Shown here: in pieces, positions 9,341 through 17,015 of the stretch | Numbering within the stretch: position 1 is the stretch's first letter | How the letters are laid out: each line of letters begins with the position of its first letter | Source: Limisphaerales bacterium | Lineage (GTDB): Bacteria > Verrucomicrobiota > Verrucomicrobiia > Limisphaerales > SIBE01 | DNA: 32,763 nucleotides | NCBI GenBank assembly: GCA_044225505.1 | Contig: JBGAIN010000090.1 | Span: 1-32,763 of the forward strand | Direction: 5' to 3' | Program-made: the position numbers and the translations under genes | Notes under the pieces: model-generated | Told to the model about the DNA's origin: nothing | Database searches by the model: none | Seen by the model: the letters and a program-made list of their open reading frames with translations, nothing else

Positions 9341-10195
9341 ATGAGCCGACGTTCTCGCGCCCCGATGCCGTCCGCAGCGTGCCGGCTGCCGATTGGCATT
9401 TTTGACTCTGGTATTGGCGGATTGACCGTGGTGCGCCAAATCCATCGCGTCCTGCCTCACGAAAATCTCGTCTACCTGGGCGACACCGCCCGGGTTCCCT
9501 ATGGCACCAAATCGCCCGCCACAGTGGTCCGCTTTGCGTGTGAAGACGCTGAGTTTCTCCTGCAACAAAACGTCAAAGCCATTGTCGTCGCTTGCAACAC
9601 CGCGTCTGCTTGGGCGTTGCCCACGTTGGAAAAGAAATTCGGTTTGCCGATCTTTGGCGTGATCCGGCCAGGGGCTGAAGCTGCGCTCGCACGGACCCGC
9701 AATCGCCGCATCGGAGTGATCGGCACCACCGCAACCATCGGAAGCCAGGCCTACCCCCGGACTATTCTCGCTCTGCATGATCGTGCCAAAGTCTTCGGCC
9801 AACCATGTCCGTTGCTCGTGCCATTGGTGGAAGAGGGTTGGATACGGCATCCCATCACGGAGGCCGTATTGACCGAGTATCTGCGGCCGTTGTTGAAACG
9901 CCGCATCGATACCCTCGTGCTTGGCTGCACCCATTATCCATTGTTGAAAACTGTCATTCAGAACATTACCGGGCCGGGAGTCGCTTTGGTCGATTCGGCG
10001 GAGAGTTGCGCCAACTACGTGCGTGATCGGCTCCGCAACGGAGGCTTGCTAGCGCCCGGACGAAAACCAGGCCGAATCGTTCCTTTCGTAACTGATGAAG
10101 CAGAGCGATTCGAGGGAATGGCCGCGCGGTTTTTGCGATTGCCAACCCTGGCTGCCTCCAAGGTTATTCTACCAGAGTTCGAGCCTGGCTCGTGA
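9341..10195 (+). CDS. murI: glutamate racemase
   Basis: 'IGIFDSGIGGLTV', 'GDTARVPYGTKS', and catalytic cysteines in 'ACNTA' and 'LGCTHYP'. Start approximate. Confidence 0.95.
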   Translation: MSRRSRAPMPSAACRLPIGIFDSGIGGLTVVRQIHRVLPHENLVYLGDTARVPYGTKSPATVVRFACEDAEFLLQQNVKAIVVACNTASAWALPTLEKKFGLPIFGVIRPGAEAALARTRNRRIGVIGTTATIGSQAYPRTILALHDRAKVFGQPCPLLVPLVEEGWIRHPITEAVLTEYLRPLLKRRIDTLVLGCTHYPLLKTVIQNITGPGVALVDSAESCANYVRDRLRNGGLLAPGRKPGRIVPFVTDEAERFEGMAARFLRLPTLAASKVILPEFEPGS

Positions 10196-10323
10196 GCTCG
10201 CTTGTGGGGATGGTGGCCCGCTCCGTTCAGCGGGTGTAGAGGCAGGGCGAGAGTCGCACCGTTGGCTGCCAGGGCAGGGAATTACATCGCACCAGCGAGG
10301 ATCGCACGGGCCACGGTTTCGGG

Positions 10324-10435
10324 TTCATTCGTATTAAACACGGAGACGACAGGGACTTCACATGGATATAACGCGGAAGCAATCCGTGTTATTTCCCTGT
10401 TAAATCCGTGTTATCTCCCTGTTATATACGAAGAA
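10324..10435. repeat. imperfect palindrome built from 4+4 inverted 11-bp units (consensus TAACASGGAnn)
   Basis: Left units: aaacacggaga, cgacagggact, tcacatggata, taacgcggaag (10336-10379). Right units: aatccgtgtta, tttccctgtta, aatccgtgtta, tctccctgtta (10381-10424). Closed by ttcgtat/atacgaa. Confidence 0.8.
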
Positions 10436-10508
10436 ACGCTCATCGAGAGAGCCGCAGGAACGGTTTTTCACAAGCTGCGAGGAAAACGGACGTCGCGAGT
10501 TGCTCTTG

Positions 10509-11042
10509 TCAAGACGACGCGGGCTCTGCCGCTCGTGCCAAAAGCCAAAGCAAGTCGGAAAGCCGGTTCAGATAAACAATGATCTCCGGATTCTTCATTT
10601 CCCCTTGCTCATAGAGCGCACAGACCCGGCGTTCTGCGCGTCGGCAGACCGTCCGCGCCATGTCCAACATGCCCGAGTGAAGCGTTGCTCCCGGCGTAGC
10701 CCAGCCATGAAAGCTGATGTTTCGAGCTTCGAGTTCGGTGACCCAAACGTCCAGCTTGCGGGTAGACTCTGCCGAGATGCGCGGCATGCCATCTTTGATG
10801 TAGCGATCGAGGTCCTCGATCATCGTGGCCAATTCCGCCATGAGCGCGACCAAGTCCTTCTGGATCCCCATCAGACCCGGCGCGACTGCCGACGGTTCCG
10901 CGGTGCTCCGCGCCAACCCAATGGCGGCATTCAGCTCGTCAACACAACCGTAGGCCTCAACGCGCGGGTGGGACTTCGGGACACGCCGATTATACATTAC
11001 GGCCGTGGTGCCCGCGTCACCCGTCTTGGTTGCTATGCTCAT
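10509..11042 (-). CDS. pduO: cob(I)alamin adenosyltransferase, PduO/MMAB family
   Basis: 'IATKTGDAGTT', 'RVEAYGCVDELNAAIG', 'ARTVCRRAER', 'YLNRLSDLLW'. Confidence 0.93.
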   Translation of the reverse strand: MSIATKTGDAGTTAVMYNRRVPKSHPRVEAYGCVDELNAAIGLARSTAEPSAVAPGLMGIQKDLVALMAELATMIEDLDRYIKDGMPRISAESTRKLDVWVTELEARNISFHGWATPGATLHSGMLDMARTVCRRAERRVCALYEQGEMKNPEIIVYLNRLSDLLWLLARAAEPASS

Positions 11043-11068
11043 GAACTGTTAATTTAGCCACAAGGCCA

Positions 11069-11097
11069 TTGACGCCCGCAAGGTCATTTCATATCGT
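11069..11097 (+). promoter_or_regulatory. sigma70-like promoter of the small membrane protein gene
   Basis: TTGACG (11069-11074), 17 nt, TATCGT (11092-11097), about 20 nt upstream of ATG 11117. Confidence 0.6.
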
Positions 11098-11116
11098 CCG
11101 CACCGACGTCGGTCTT

Positions 11117-11374
11117 ATGAATGCCAAGCTCCTCCTGAAGACAGTTTTCCTCATGATCATTCTCTTGTTGCTCGTGATCATGGGAATGTACAACCGCGGC
11201 AGTGTCCCGTTTGTTTTGCCTCCCCTCGTTACGCACGCTGTCTCTCAGCCCGCCGCGATCATGTATTTTGCTTTCTTCGCGGTGGGAGTCCTGACCGGAA
11301 CCGTTCTAACCGCAGGTGGCGGCGGTAGAGGATCGGGTAGTTCAGGCAGCAAGCCGGCCAAGAGTAGTCGCTAA
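11117..11374 (+). CDS. small two-TM membrane protein, LapA/DUF1049-like
   Basis: 85 aa: TM1 'VFLMIILLLLVIMGMYN', loop 'VPFVLPP', TM2 'AIMYFAFFAVGVLTG', then a Gly/Ser/basic tail. Confidence 0.65.
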   Translation: MNAKLLLKTVFLMIILLLLVIMGMYNRGSVPFVLPPLVTHAVSQPAAIMYFAFFAVGVLTGTVLTAGGGGRGSGSSGSKPAKSSR

Positions 11375-11412
11375 TCAGCAGGTGTTCTCTCGACTCCTCG
11401 AGGGCTGGTTCG

Positions 11413-12483
11413 TCAGAGCAACAACATCGCATCTCCATAGCTGAAGAACCGATATCTTTCCCGAATCGCTTCGGCATAGGCTGCCAGCACTAAATCGCGT
11501 CCGTCAGTACGGTCTGGAGCGGCAAACGCTGATACCAGCATCAGCAAGGTGGATTTTGGCAGGTGGAAATTCGTGATTAGGCCGTCGACAACACGGAAGC
11601 GATAGGGCGGGTAGATAAAGATCCGCGTTTGTCCTTCTGAAACAGGAACTAAGCGGCCGTGATGAGACGCGGCAACGCTCTCCAGGACCCGGACCGTTGT
11701 CGTGCCTACGGCAACGACTCGAGCGGATGCTGCCCGCGCCGCTTCGATGCGATGGACCGTTTCTGCCGGCAACGTGAACCGTTCCTCGTGCATGGGGTGT
11801 CCGGCCAGATCTTCTGATTTCACGGGAGCGAACGTGCCAAGCCCAACGTGCAGCGTGACATAGGCAACCGAGAGGCCTTGCTGAGCTGCTTGAGCGATTA
11901 GACCCTCCGTGAAATGGAGCCCAGCGGTCGGGGCGGCGACCGAGCCCTTCGACTGAGCATAGACCGTTTGATAACGTTCCCGATCAGCCGCTTCCACAGG
12001 TCGGGCAAGATAAGGAGGGAGGGGTATTTCGCCGAACTCCTCCAATAAATCGAGCAGATGCTCTTCTCCTGCAAAGTTCAACAGGTAATGACCCTCCTCG
12101 TTTTTTGCCAGAACAGTCGCTTCCAAGGTGCGATCGGTCGTTCGAGCATGGAATACAAGTTGAGTCCCCGTGCGGACGCGTTTGCCCGGGCGGAGTAAAA
12201 CCCACCAATCGGTGGGGCGAAGTGGTGCAAGGAGGAGCACTTCGACGTTACCGCCGCTGGGACTTTTTGTCCCAAACAGCCGCGCTGGAATCACTCGGGA
12301 GTTGTTTAGCACGAGCAAGTCTCCGGGGCGTAGGTAGTTAAGAATCTCCCCAAATGCTGCGTGGTGCGTCCAATGGCGTTCCTGCCGGTTCACGACGAGG
12401 AGGCGGGAGGCATCACGCTCCGCGAGCGGCCGTAGGGCGATTCGATCCGCCGGCAAATCGAAGTCGAAGTCCGCGGTGCGCAT
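11413..12483 (-). CDS. queA: S-adenosylmethionine:tRNA ribosyltransferase-isomerase
   Basis: Starts MRTADFDFDLP. Motifs 'NNSRVIPARL', 'GEIPLPPY', 'AAPTAGLHF', 'TLHVGLGTF', 'TNFHLPKSTL', 'YRFFSYGDAM'. Confidence 0.96.
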   Translation of the reverse strand: MRTADFDFDLPADRIALRPLAERDASRLLVVNRQERHWTHHAAFGEILNYLRPGDLLVLNNSRVIPARLFGTKSPSGGNVEVLLLAPLRPTDWWVLLRPGKRVRTGTQLVFHARTTDRTLEATVLAKNEEGHYLLNFAGEEHLLDLLEEFGEIPLPPYLARPVEAADRERYQTVYAQSKGSVAAPTAGLHFTEGLIAQAAQQGLSVAYVTLHVGLGTFAPVKSEDLAGHPMHEERFTLPAETVHRIEAARAASARVVAVGTTTVRVLESVAASHHGRLVPVSEGQTRIFIYPPYRFRVVDGLITNFHLPKSTLLMLVSAFAAPDRTDGRDLVLAAYAEAIRERYRFFSYGDAMLLL

Positions 12484-12515
12484 GGGAATTAGGATGTAAT
12501 CACGTCGTGCAGATG

Positions 12516-12544
12516 AGCTTAGCAGAGGGGCGGGGGAATGTGAA
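12516..12544 (-). promoter_or_regulatory. sigma70-like promoter of queA
   Basis: Minus strand TTCACA (12544-12539), 17 nt, extended -10 TGcTAAGCT (12524-12516). Confidence 0.55.
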
Positions 12545-12598
12545 TAGGATGTGAGTAACAAGTGAGTAAAAAGAGAGCGTGATTGGGGAGGTATTTTG

Positions 12599-12642
12599 TT
12601 GACGGAATGGGGCATTCTGGGTAGAAATGGAGCGTTGTGGGG
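12599..12642 (+). promoter_or_regulatory. dcw promoter with MraZ-binding direct repeats
   Basis: TGG cores at 12608, 12618, 12628 and 12638 (aTGGGG, cTGGGT, aTGGAG, gTGGGG), an exact 10-bp period as in known MraZ boxes. TTGACG -35 at 12599-12604; the -10 (TAGAAA/T near 12622) is weak. Confidence 0.8.
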
Positions 12643-12679
12643 CAAAGGACCGTGCGGCATGGGTCCTTGGACAGGTGAA

Positions 12680-13144
12680 ATGTCAGCAAGCGCATCCAAT
12701 GAAATCATTTATTACAATTCGCTCTATCGTCATGGCGTCGACGATAAGCGGCGCTTGCAGATCCCCGCGAAGTGGCGTCCAGCGGATGCCGGCGTGCAAT
12801 TCACACTCATTCTCTGGCCGAAGGGCGCGATGCAGGATGCCTGTTTGCTGGTCCTTCCCCCCGACGAGTGGGTTACTTTGGTGCAGAAACTCAAAGCCCT
12901 CCCTTTTGCCGATCCGAAAGCCGAAGTGCTGCGTCGGATTATCGGCCTTAAATCTGACCGCTGTGTGTTGGATAAGTCGGGCCGAATCTGTCTGCCGGAT
13001 GGAATGGCTAAAGCCGCTGGAATTGAAAAAGAGGCTCTCTTGTTGGGCTTGGTGGATCGATTTGAAATCTGGAATCCAGAGCGGTTCGAATCGGTCAGCG
13101 CCGTGGATCAGCAACTTTCATCTGAAGTGTTCCGACAAATCTAA
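12680..13144 (+). CDS. mraZ: division/cell wall cluster transcriptional repressor MraZ
   Basis: Two SpoVT/AbrB repeats 'HGVDDKRRLQIPAKWR' and 'LDKSGRICLP', plus 'DRFEIWNPE'. RBS-like AGGTGA before ATG 12680. First gene of dcw. Confidence 0.93.
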   Translation: MSASASNEIIYYNSLYRHGVDDKRRLQIPAKWRPADAGVQFTLILWPKGAMQDACLLVLPPDEWVTLVQKLKALPFADPKAEVLRRIIGLKSDRCVLDKSGRICLPDGMAKAAGIEKEALLLGLVDRFEIWNPERFESVSAVDQQLSSEVFRQI

Positions 13145-13150
13145 ACCGTC

Positions 13151-13780
13151 ATGAGCTTCATGCGTCTGCTCGCTGCCGGTCGCAGTATCATGGGAATCAA
13201 GAAACAACCAGGGCCTTACCGCATGAATCAAGATAATTTGCTCCCGAAGTTCGCGTCGGTGCCGAAGGTGGCGAACAGTGTGCGGAGTGGGGCGGTCTCT
13301 AAAGGGGAAGCGCGACCCGATTCGGAGATGGCGGCACGCGATTCGGATGACAAGAACTCCGGGAACGGGTCCGGCGGCGGGGAGGTTGCGGACAAGCGGA
13401 ACCGCCGGCTGTCGGGACCTACGGGGTCGGTGAAATCGCATGGTGTGCTCACTCGCCTGGCGTCGCGGTTGACGCGCTGGGGCCGGGCGCCAGGCAAGTC
13501 TGAGGAGTCTACCCCAATTCCAGGGCGTGCGATTCAAGGGGAACTGTCGCTTGAGACGGTGAAGGTAGTTCGTAACGATTTGAGTGAGGCTGAGTTTGGA
13601 ACCGGTAAAGGTCGAAGTGGTGCCGGGCAAGCGGGACGGGCGCCGCTCGGGATGGTTTGGAATCGGCTGAGCGCGCGGCTGCTGCGGCAGGCGGCGCAGG
13701 AATTTACTCTCGTTCAAAAAGAGCGTGGCAAACTTCTCTCACAAGCCGGTCCTAGCCGCGGAAGTTCTGGCGGCGCTTAG
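13151..13780 (+). CDS. hypothetical protein between mraZ and rsmH
   Basis: 209-aa ORF starting 6 nt after the mraZ stop and filling the whole gap to rsmH (56-nt overlap). Low-complexity G/S/basic sequence with short ordered-looking blocks. Confidence 0.65.
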   Translation: MSFMRLLAAGRSIMGIKKQPGPYRMNQDNLLPKFASVPKVANSVRSGAVSKGEARPDSEMAARDSDDKNSGNGSGGGEVADKRNRRLSGPTGSVKSHGVLTRLASRLTRWGRAPGKSEESTPIPGRAIQGELSLETVKVVRNDLSEAEFGTGKGRSGAGQAGRAPLGMVWNRLSARLLRQAAQEFTLVQKERGKLLSQAGPSRGSSGGA

Positions 13781-14654
13781 GCCGCTGGCCGGAGGTCGCT
13801 ACGTCGATGGCACGATCGGCGGCGGTGGGCATGCGGAGGCGATTTTACGGGCCAGTTCGCCGGATGGTCGGGTGGCGGGATGTGATCGAGATGAAGCGGC
13901 AGTTCAAGCGGCGCGGGAACGGCTGCGTCCCTTCGGGGATCGGATTGAGATTTGGCGGGGCGAGTACCGCGAACTGGGGCGTTGGCTCGGCGCGGCGAGT
14001 TGGGATGGAGCGCTTTTGGATCTGGGTGTGAGTTCGCCGCAGTTGGATGTGGCGGAGCGAGGATTCAGTTTTCAGCAAGACGGACCGCTAGATATGCGGA
14101 TGGACACGAGGCAATCGATGACGGCGGCGCGACTGGTGAATGAAGCCAGCGCGAGCGAGCTGACGCGCCTCTTCTGGGATTTGGGTGAGGAAAGGCAAGC
14201 GACGCGTTTGGCGCGAGCGATTGAGCAGGAACGTCGTGCCGCCCCATTTCAGACCACGAGGCAATTGGCAGCTCTGATCGAACGGGTCACGCCGCGCCGC
14301 GGTGCCAAACTTCATCCGGCGACGCGGGTCTTCCAGGCCTTGCGTATGGCGGTGAACGATGAGCTGGGGAATTTGAGAGAAGGGCTCGAGGTCGTTTGGA
14401 GCTTGTTGCGCACGGGTGGGCGCCTTGCGGTGATCACCTTTCACTCGCTGGAAGACAGAATGGTGAAGGATTTCGGACGAGAGAAAGTTCGCGATTACAC
14501 GATTGCGGGCGAAGTGGATGTGCCGGAATTGCGGACGCCTGCGGTCCCGCAAGGGGCCTGGGTGGAGCGAAAAGCGATTCAGCCCACGGACGAAGAGATG
14601 GCGGAGAACCCGCGCAGCCGCAGTGCTCATCTGCGGGTTTTGGAAAGGATTTGA
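13725..14654 (+). CDS. rsmH: 16S rRNA m4C1402 methyltransferase
   Basis: 'HKPVL', 'DGTIGGGGHA', 'DLGVSSPQLD...RGFSF..DGPLDMRMD', 'HPATRVFQALRMAVN.EL', 'FHSLEDR', 'NPRSRSAHLR'. GTG start. Confidence 0.97.
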   Translation: MANFSHKPVLAAEVLAALRPLAGGRYVDGTIGGGGHAEAILRASSPDGRVAGCDRDEAAVQAARERLRPFGDRIEIWRGEYRELGRWLGAASWDGALLDLGVSSPQLDVAERGFSFQQDGPLDMRMDTRQSMTAARLVNEASASELTRLFWDLGEERQATRLARAIEQERRAAPFQTTRQLAALIERVTPRRGAKLHPATRVFQALRMAVNDELGNLREGLEVVWSLLRTGGRLAVITFHSLEDRMVKDFGREKVRDYTIAGEVDVPELRTPAVPQGAWVERKAIQPTDEEMAENPRSRSAHLRVLERI

Positions 14655-15032
14655 GTGAGTCGAAACCGCAAACATCAAACGGCAGCGGTCCGGTTCGGAC
14701 CAGCTTTGAAAGCGGTGACGTTATGCCTGTTTCTCGGTGGATCGGGGGTTGGCTACGTTTGGCAGAAGGAACAGATTAACACGTTGGGTGACGAACTGAA
14801 GCGGAGCGAGCGTCGCTACGAACAGGTGCGCACCCAGAATGATCGGCTCGCCAGGATCCTGGCCGCGTTACAATCCCCAGCGGAGATCGAAGCGCGCATC
14901 CGACGTAGCGATTTAGGCATGGTGGCTCCACAGCCCGACCAGATCGTCCGGTTAGTGGAGAATTCCCCGGTGGTGGAGGTGTCAGCTCGACCGGGGGATC
15001 GTTTGTATGCAGCTCAATCCGTCATGAAATAG
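14655..15032 (+). CDS. ftsL: FtsL-like cell division protein
   Basis: Basic N-terminus, single TM, coiled coil, 'SPAEIEARI...LGMVAPQPDQIV'. Occupies the canonical position between rsmH and ftsI. Confidence 0.75.
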   Translation: MSRNRKHQTAAVRFGPALKAVTLCLFLGGSGVGYVWQKEQINTLGDELKRSERRYEQVRTQNDRLARILAALQSPAEIEARIRRSDLGMVAPQPDQIVRLVENSPVVEVSARPGDRLYAAQSVMK

Positions 15033-15100
15033 AATATCGAGATCGGCAACCAGATTTGAATCGGCACAGGTGCACGGGCGGTGCGCCTCCACAGGAGCGA

Positions 15101-17011
15101 ATGATGATCAGCACGGCGCAAACGCGGAAGCTTATGGGAATGGGATTTCTCATGGCGGTCGCCTTTGCGGGACTTGGCTACCGCCTGGTTGATCTGCAGG
15201 TCGTTCAACACGACAAGTGGCGTGACGAGTCGGAGGACATGACTCGACGGACCATTCTCAGAGCTCCAAAGCGAGGCGATATTCGCGACATTCGCGGCAA
15301 CGTGTTGGCCGGAAGCGTCTTCGTGAAGACTGTCTGCGCTGATCCTTCCATAGTTGGTCCGCACCGTGCCGAGGTGGCTCACTTGCTGGCCCCCTTCCTT
15401 GATATGACCGACGCGGAGCTGGAGCAGCGGATGGAGCCAGCCATCATCACCCTGGCATCCGGCCGCCGCATCCCGAAGCGATTCGTCGTTCTGAAAAATA
15501 AAGTCCCGACAGAGAAATGGGACTTGATCCAAGCGGCGTTAAAAGATTTTCCCGAAGGTGTAGATTTGAAGCGTTTACCTCGCAAAGAACGCGACTCGTA
15601 TCTGGCGATCCGCGAAAATGGCATCCAGACCTCGGGGGTCGATGACCAGATTCGCACTTATCCGAACAAAGGACTTGCTGCCCACGTGCTCGGATTTGTG
15701 GGCCGCGGTGAGACTTACAGTCCCAAGGGCAAGATTACGGAGATTGAAGGTAAAGACGGGATCGAGTGTTCTCTCAACGGTGCCTTGAGGGGGGTGGTCG
15801 GCTGGCGCAACACCGAGATGGCGGCCAAGCGGGAGTTGGTGAGTTTCCGAGAGCAGGATATCGAAGCCCATCCCGGCCGCAACGTGATCCTGAGCTTGGA
15901 TGCGGGCATCCAGCACATCGTAGAGGCGGAGTTGGAGGAGGCTATGGCCAAACACACCCCTATTAGCGCCTCCGCCCTCGTGGTTCGGCCACGCACCGGG
16001 GAGATTCTCGCGATGGCGACGCTGCCCTCGTTTGATCCGAACGATTTGACTGGGACCGAGCCCGCCCAGCGGCGCAACCGGGTAATTGCCGATCTGGCTG
16101 AACCCGGGTCGACGTTCAAGATCGTTGTCATTTCTGGAGCCCTCAACGACGGGACGACCTCCCTTGAGGAGAAGTTCGATTGTGAGAACGGCGTCTTCGT
16201 TTTCGCTGGGAAGAAACTACATGATCACGAGCGTTATGGGGTCCTCTCCGTTGAAGAGATCATTACGCATTCTTCAAATATCGGAGCGGCAAAGGTCGGT
16301 ATAAAGATGGGTTCGGAACGTTTGTACCAATACATGCGTGATTTTGGATTTGGGACGAAGACTGGGGTACCGCTCGGAGGCGAGGTCACGGGACTGGTTT
16401 ACCCAGTAAATAAGTGGACTAAGCTCTCGATTTCTCGAATTCCCATGGGGCACGAGGTGGCGGTGACTCCACTCCAGATGGTCATGGCGATGTGTGCGGT
16501 CGCAAATAACGGCCGTCTCATGCGCCCGATGCTCGTCGACCGATTGGAAGATCAGTCTGGGGCCGTGTTGTTCAAGAATTATCCCCAGGTCGTCCGCCAG
16601 GTGGTCAGCGAGTCCGCTGCCAAGTTGATGGTCCAAGCCCTGAAGACAGTGGTGAGTACCAATGGCACGGGGCGCAAAGCGATCCTCGAACACTATACCT
16701 CCGCCGGCAAAACAGGGACGGCCCAGAAAATCGTCGGAGGCACTTACCGCAGAGACAAGCACTTTTCGTCTTTTATCGGTTTCTTTCCGGCAGACTCACC
16801 CGAGGTTTGTGTGGCGGTATTTCTGGACGAACCAAAGAACGGGTATTACGGCGGCGAGGCCGCGGCGCCAATCTTTCGCGATATCGCCGAGCGAGTTGGC
16901 AAATACCTGGCCATTCCGCCGGATGTCACGCCGGCACCGTCCGTTGCGAGTCGCGTATCGCTCGAAGCTCGTCCCGCCAAGCTCAACATATCGGACCTGG
17001 GAGTGAACTAG
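15101..17011 (+). CDS. ftsI: class B penicillin-binding protein (septal transpeptidase)
   Basis: TM anchor, 'RGDIRDIRG', SxxK (EPGSTFK), SxN (SSN), KTG (GKTGTAQK). AGGAG RBS before ATG 15101. Confidence 0.93.
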   Translation: MMISTAQTRKLMGMGFLMAVAFAGLGYRLVDLQVVQHDKWRDESEDMTRRTILRAPKRGDIRDIRGNVLAGSVFVKTVCADPSIVGPHRAEVAHLLAPFLDMTDAELEQRMEPAIITLASGRRIPKRFVVLKNKVPTEKWDLIQAALKDFPEGVDLKRLPRKERDSYLAIRENGIQTSGVDDQIRTYPNKGLAAHVLGFVGRGETYSPKGKITEIEGKDGIECSLNGALRGVVGWRNTEMAAKRELVSFREQDIEAHPGRNVILSLDAGIQHIVEAELEEAMAKHTPISASALVVRPRTGEILAMATLPSFDPNDLTGTEPAQRRNRVIADLAEPGSTFKIVVISGALNDGTTSLEEKFDCENGVFVFAGKKLHDHERYGVLSVEEIITHSSNIGAAKVGIKMGSERLYQYMRDFGFGTKTGVPLGGEVTGLVYPVNKWTKLSISRIPMGHEVAVTPLQMVMAMCAVANNGRLMRPMLVDRLEDQSGAVLFKNYPQVVRQVVSESAAKLMVQALKTVVSTNGTGRKAILEHYTSAGKTGTAQKIVGGTYRRDKHFSSFIGFFPADSPEVCVAVFLDEPKNGYYGGEAAAPIFRDIAERVGKYLAIPPDVTPAPSVASRVSLEARPAKLNISDLGVN

Positions 17012-17015
17012 CGCC

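Noticed and set aside
10336..10424. Repeat array as a CRISPR or mini-CRISPR
   Set aside because: Units are 11 bp, contiguous and inverted, with no unique spacers and no cas genes.
10439..10470. ctcatcgagagagccgcaggaacgg resembles the 5' end of a SAM-I riboswitch
   Set aside because: No P3 (GCAACC/GGUGC), no matching P1 3' strand and no co-oriented downstream gene.
10202..10582. 126-aa plus-strand ORF spanning the murI-pduO gap
   Set aside because: TTG start, no recognisable domain, runs through the repeat array and overlaps pduO antisense; likely spurious.
12484..12708. N-terminal extensions of queA (to 12708) and mraZ (from 12596)
   Set aside because: Family similarity starts at 12483 and 12680 respectively; the interval contains promoters and MraZ boxes.
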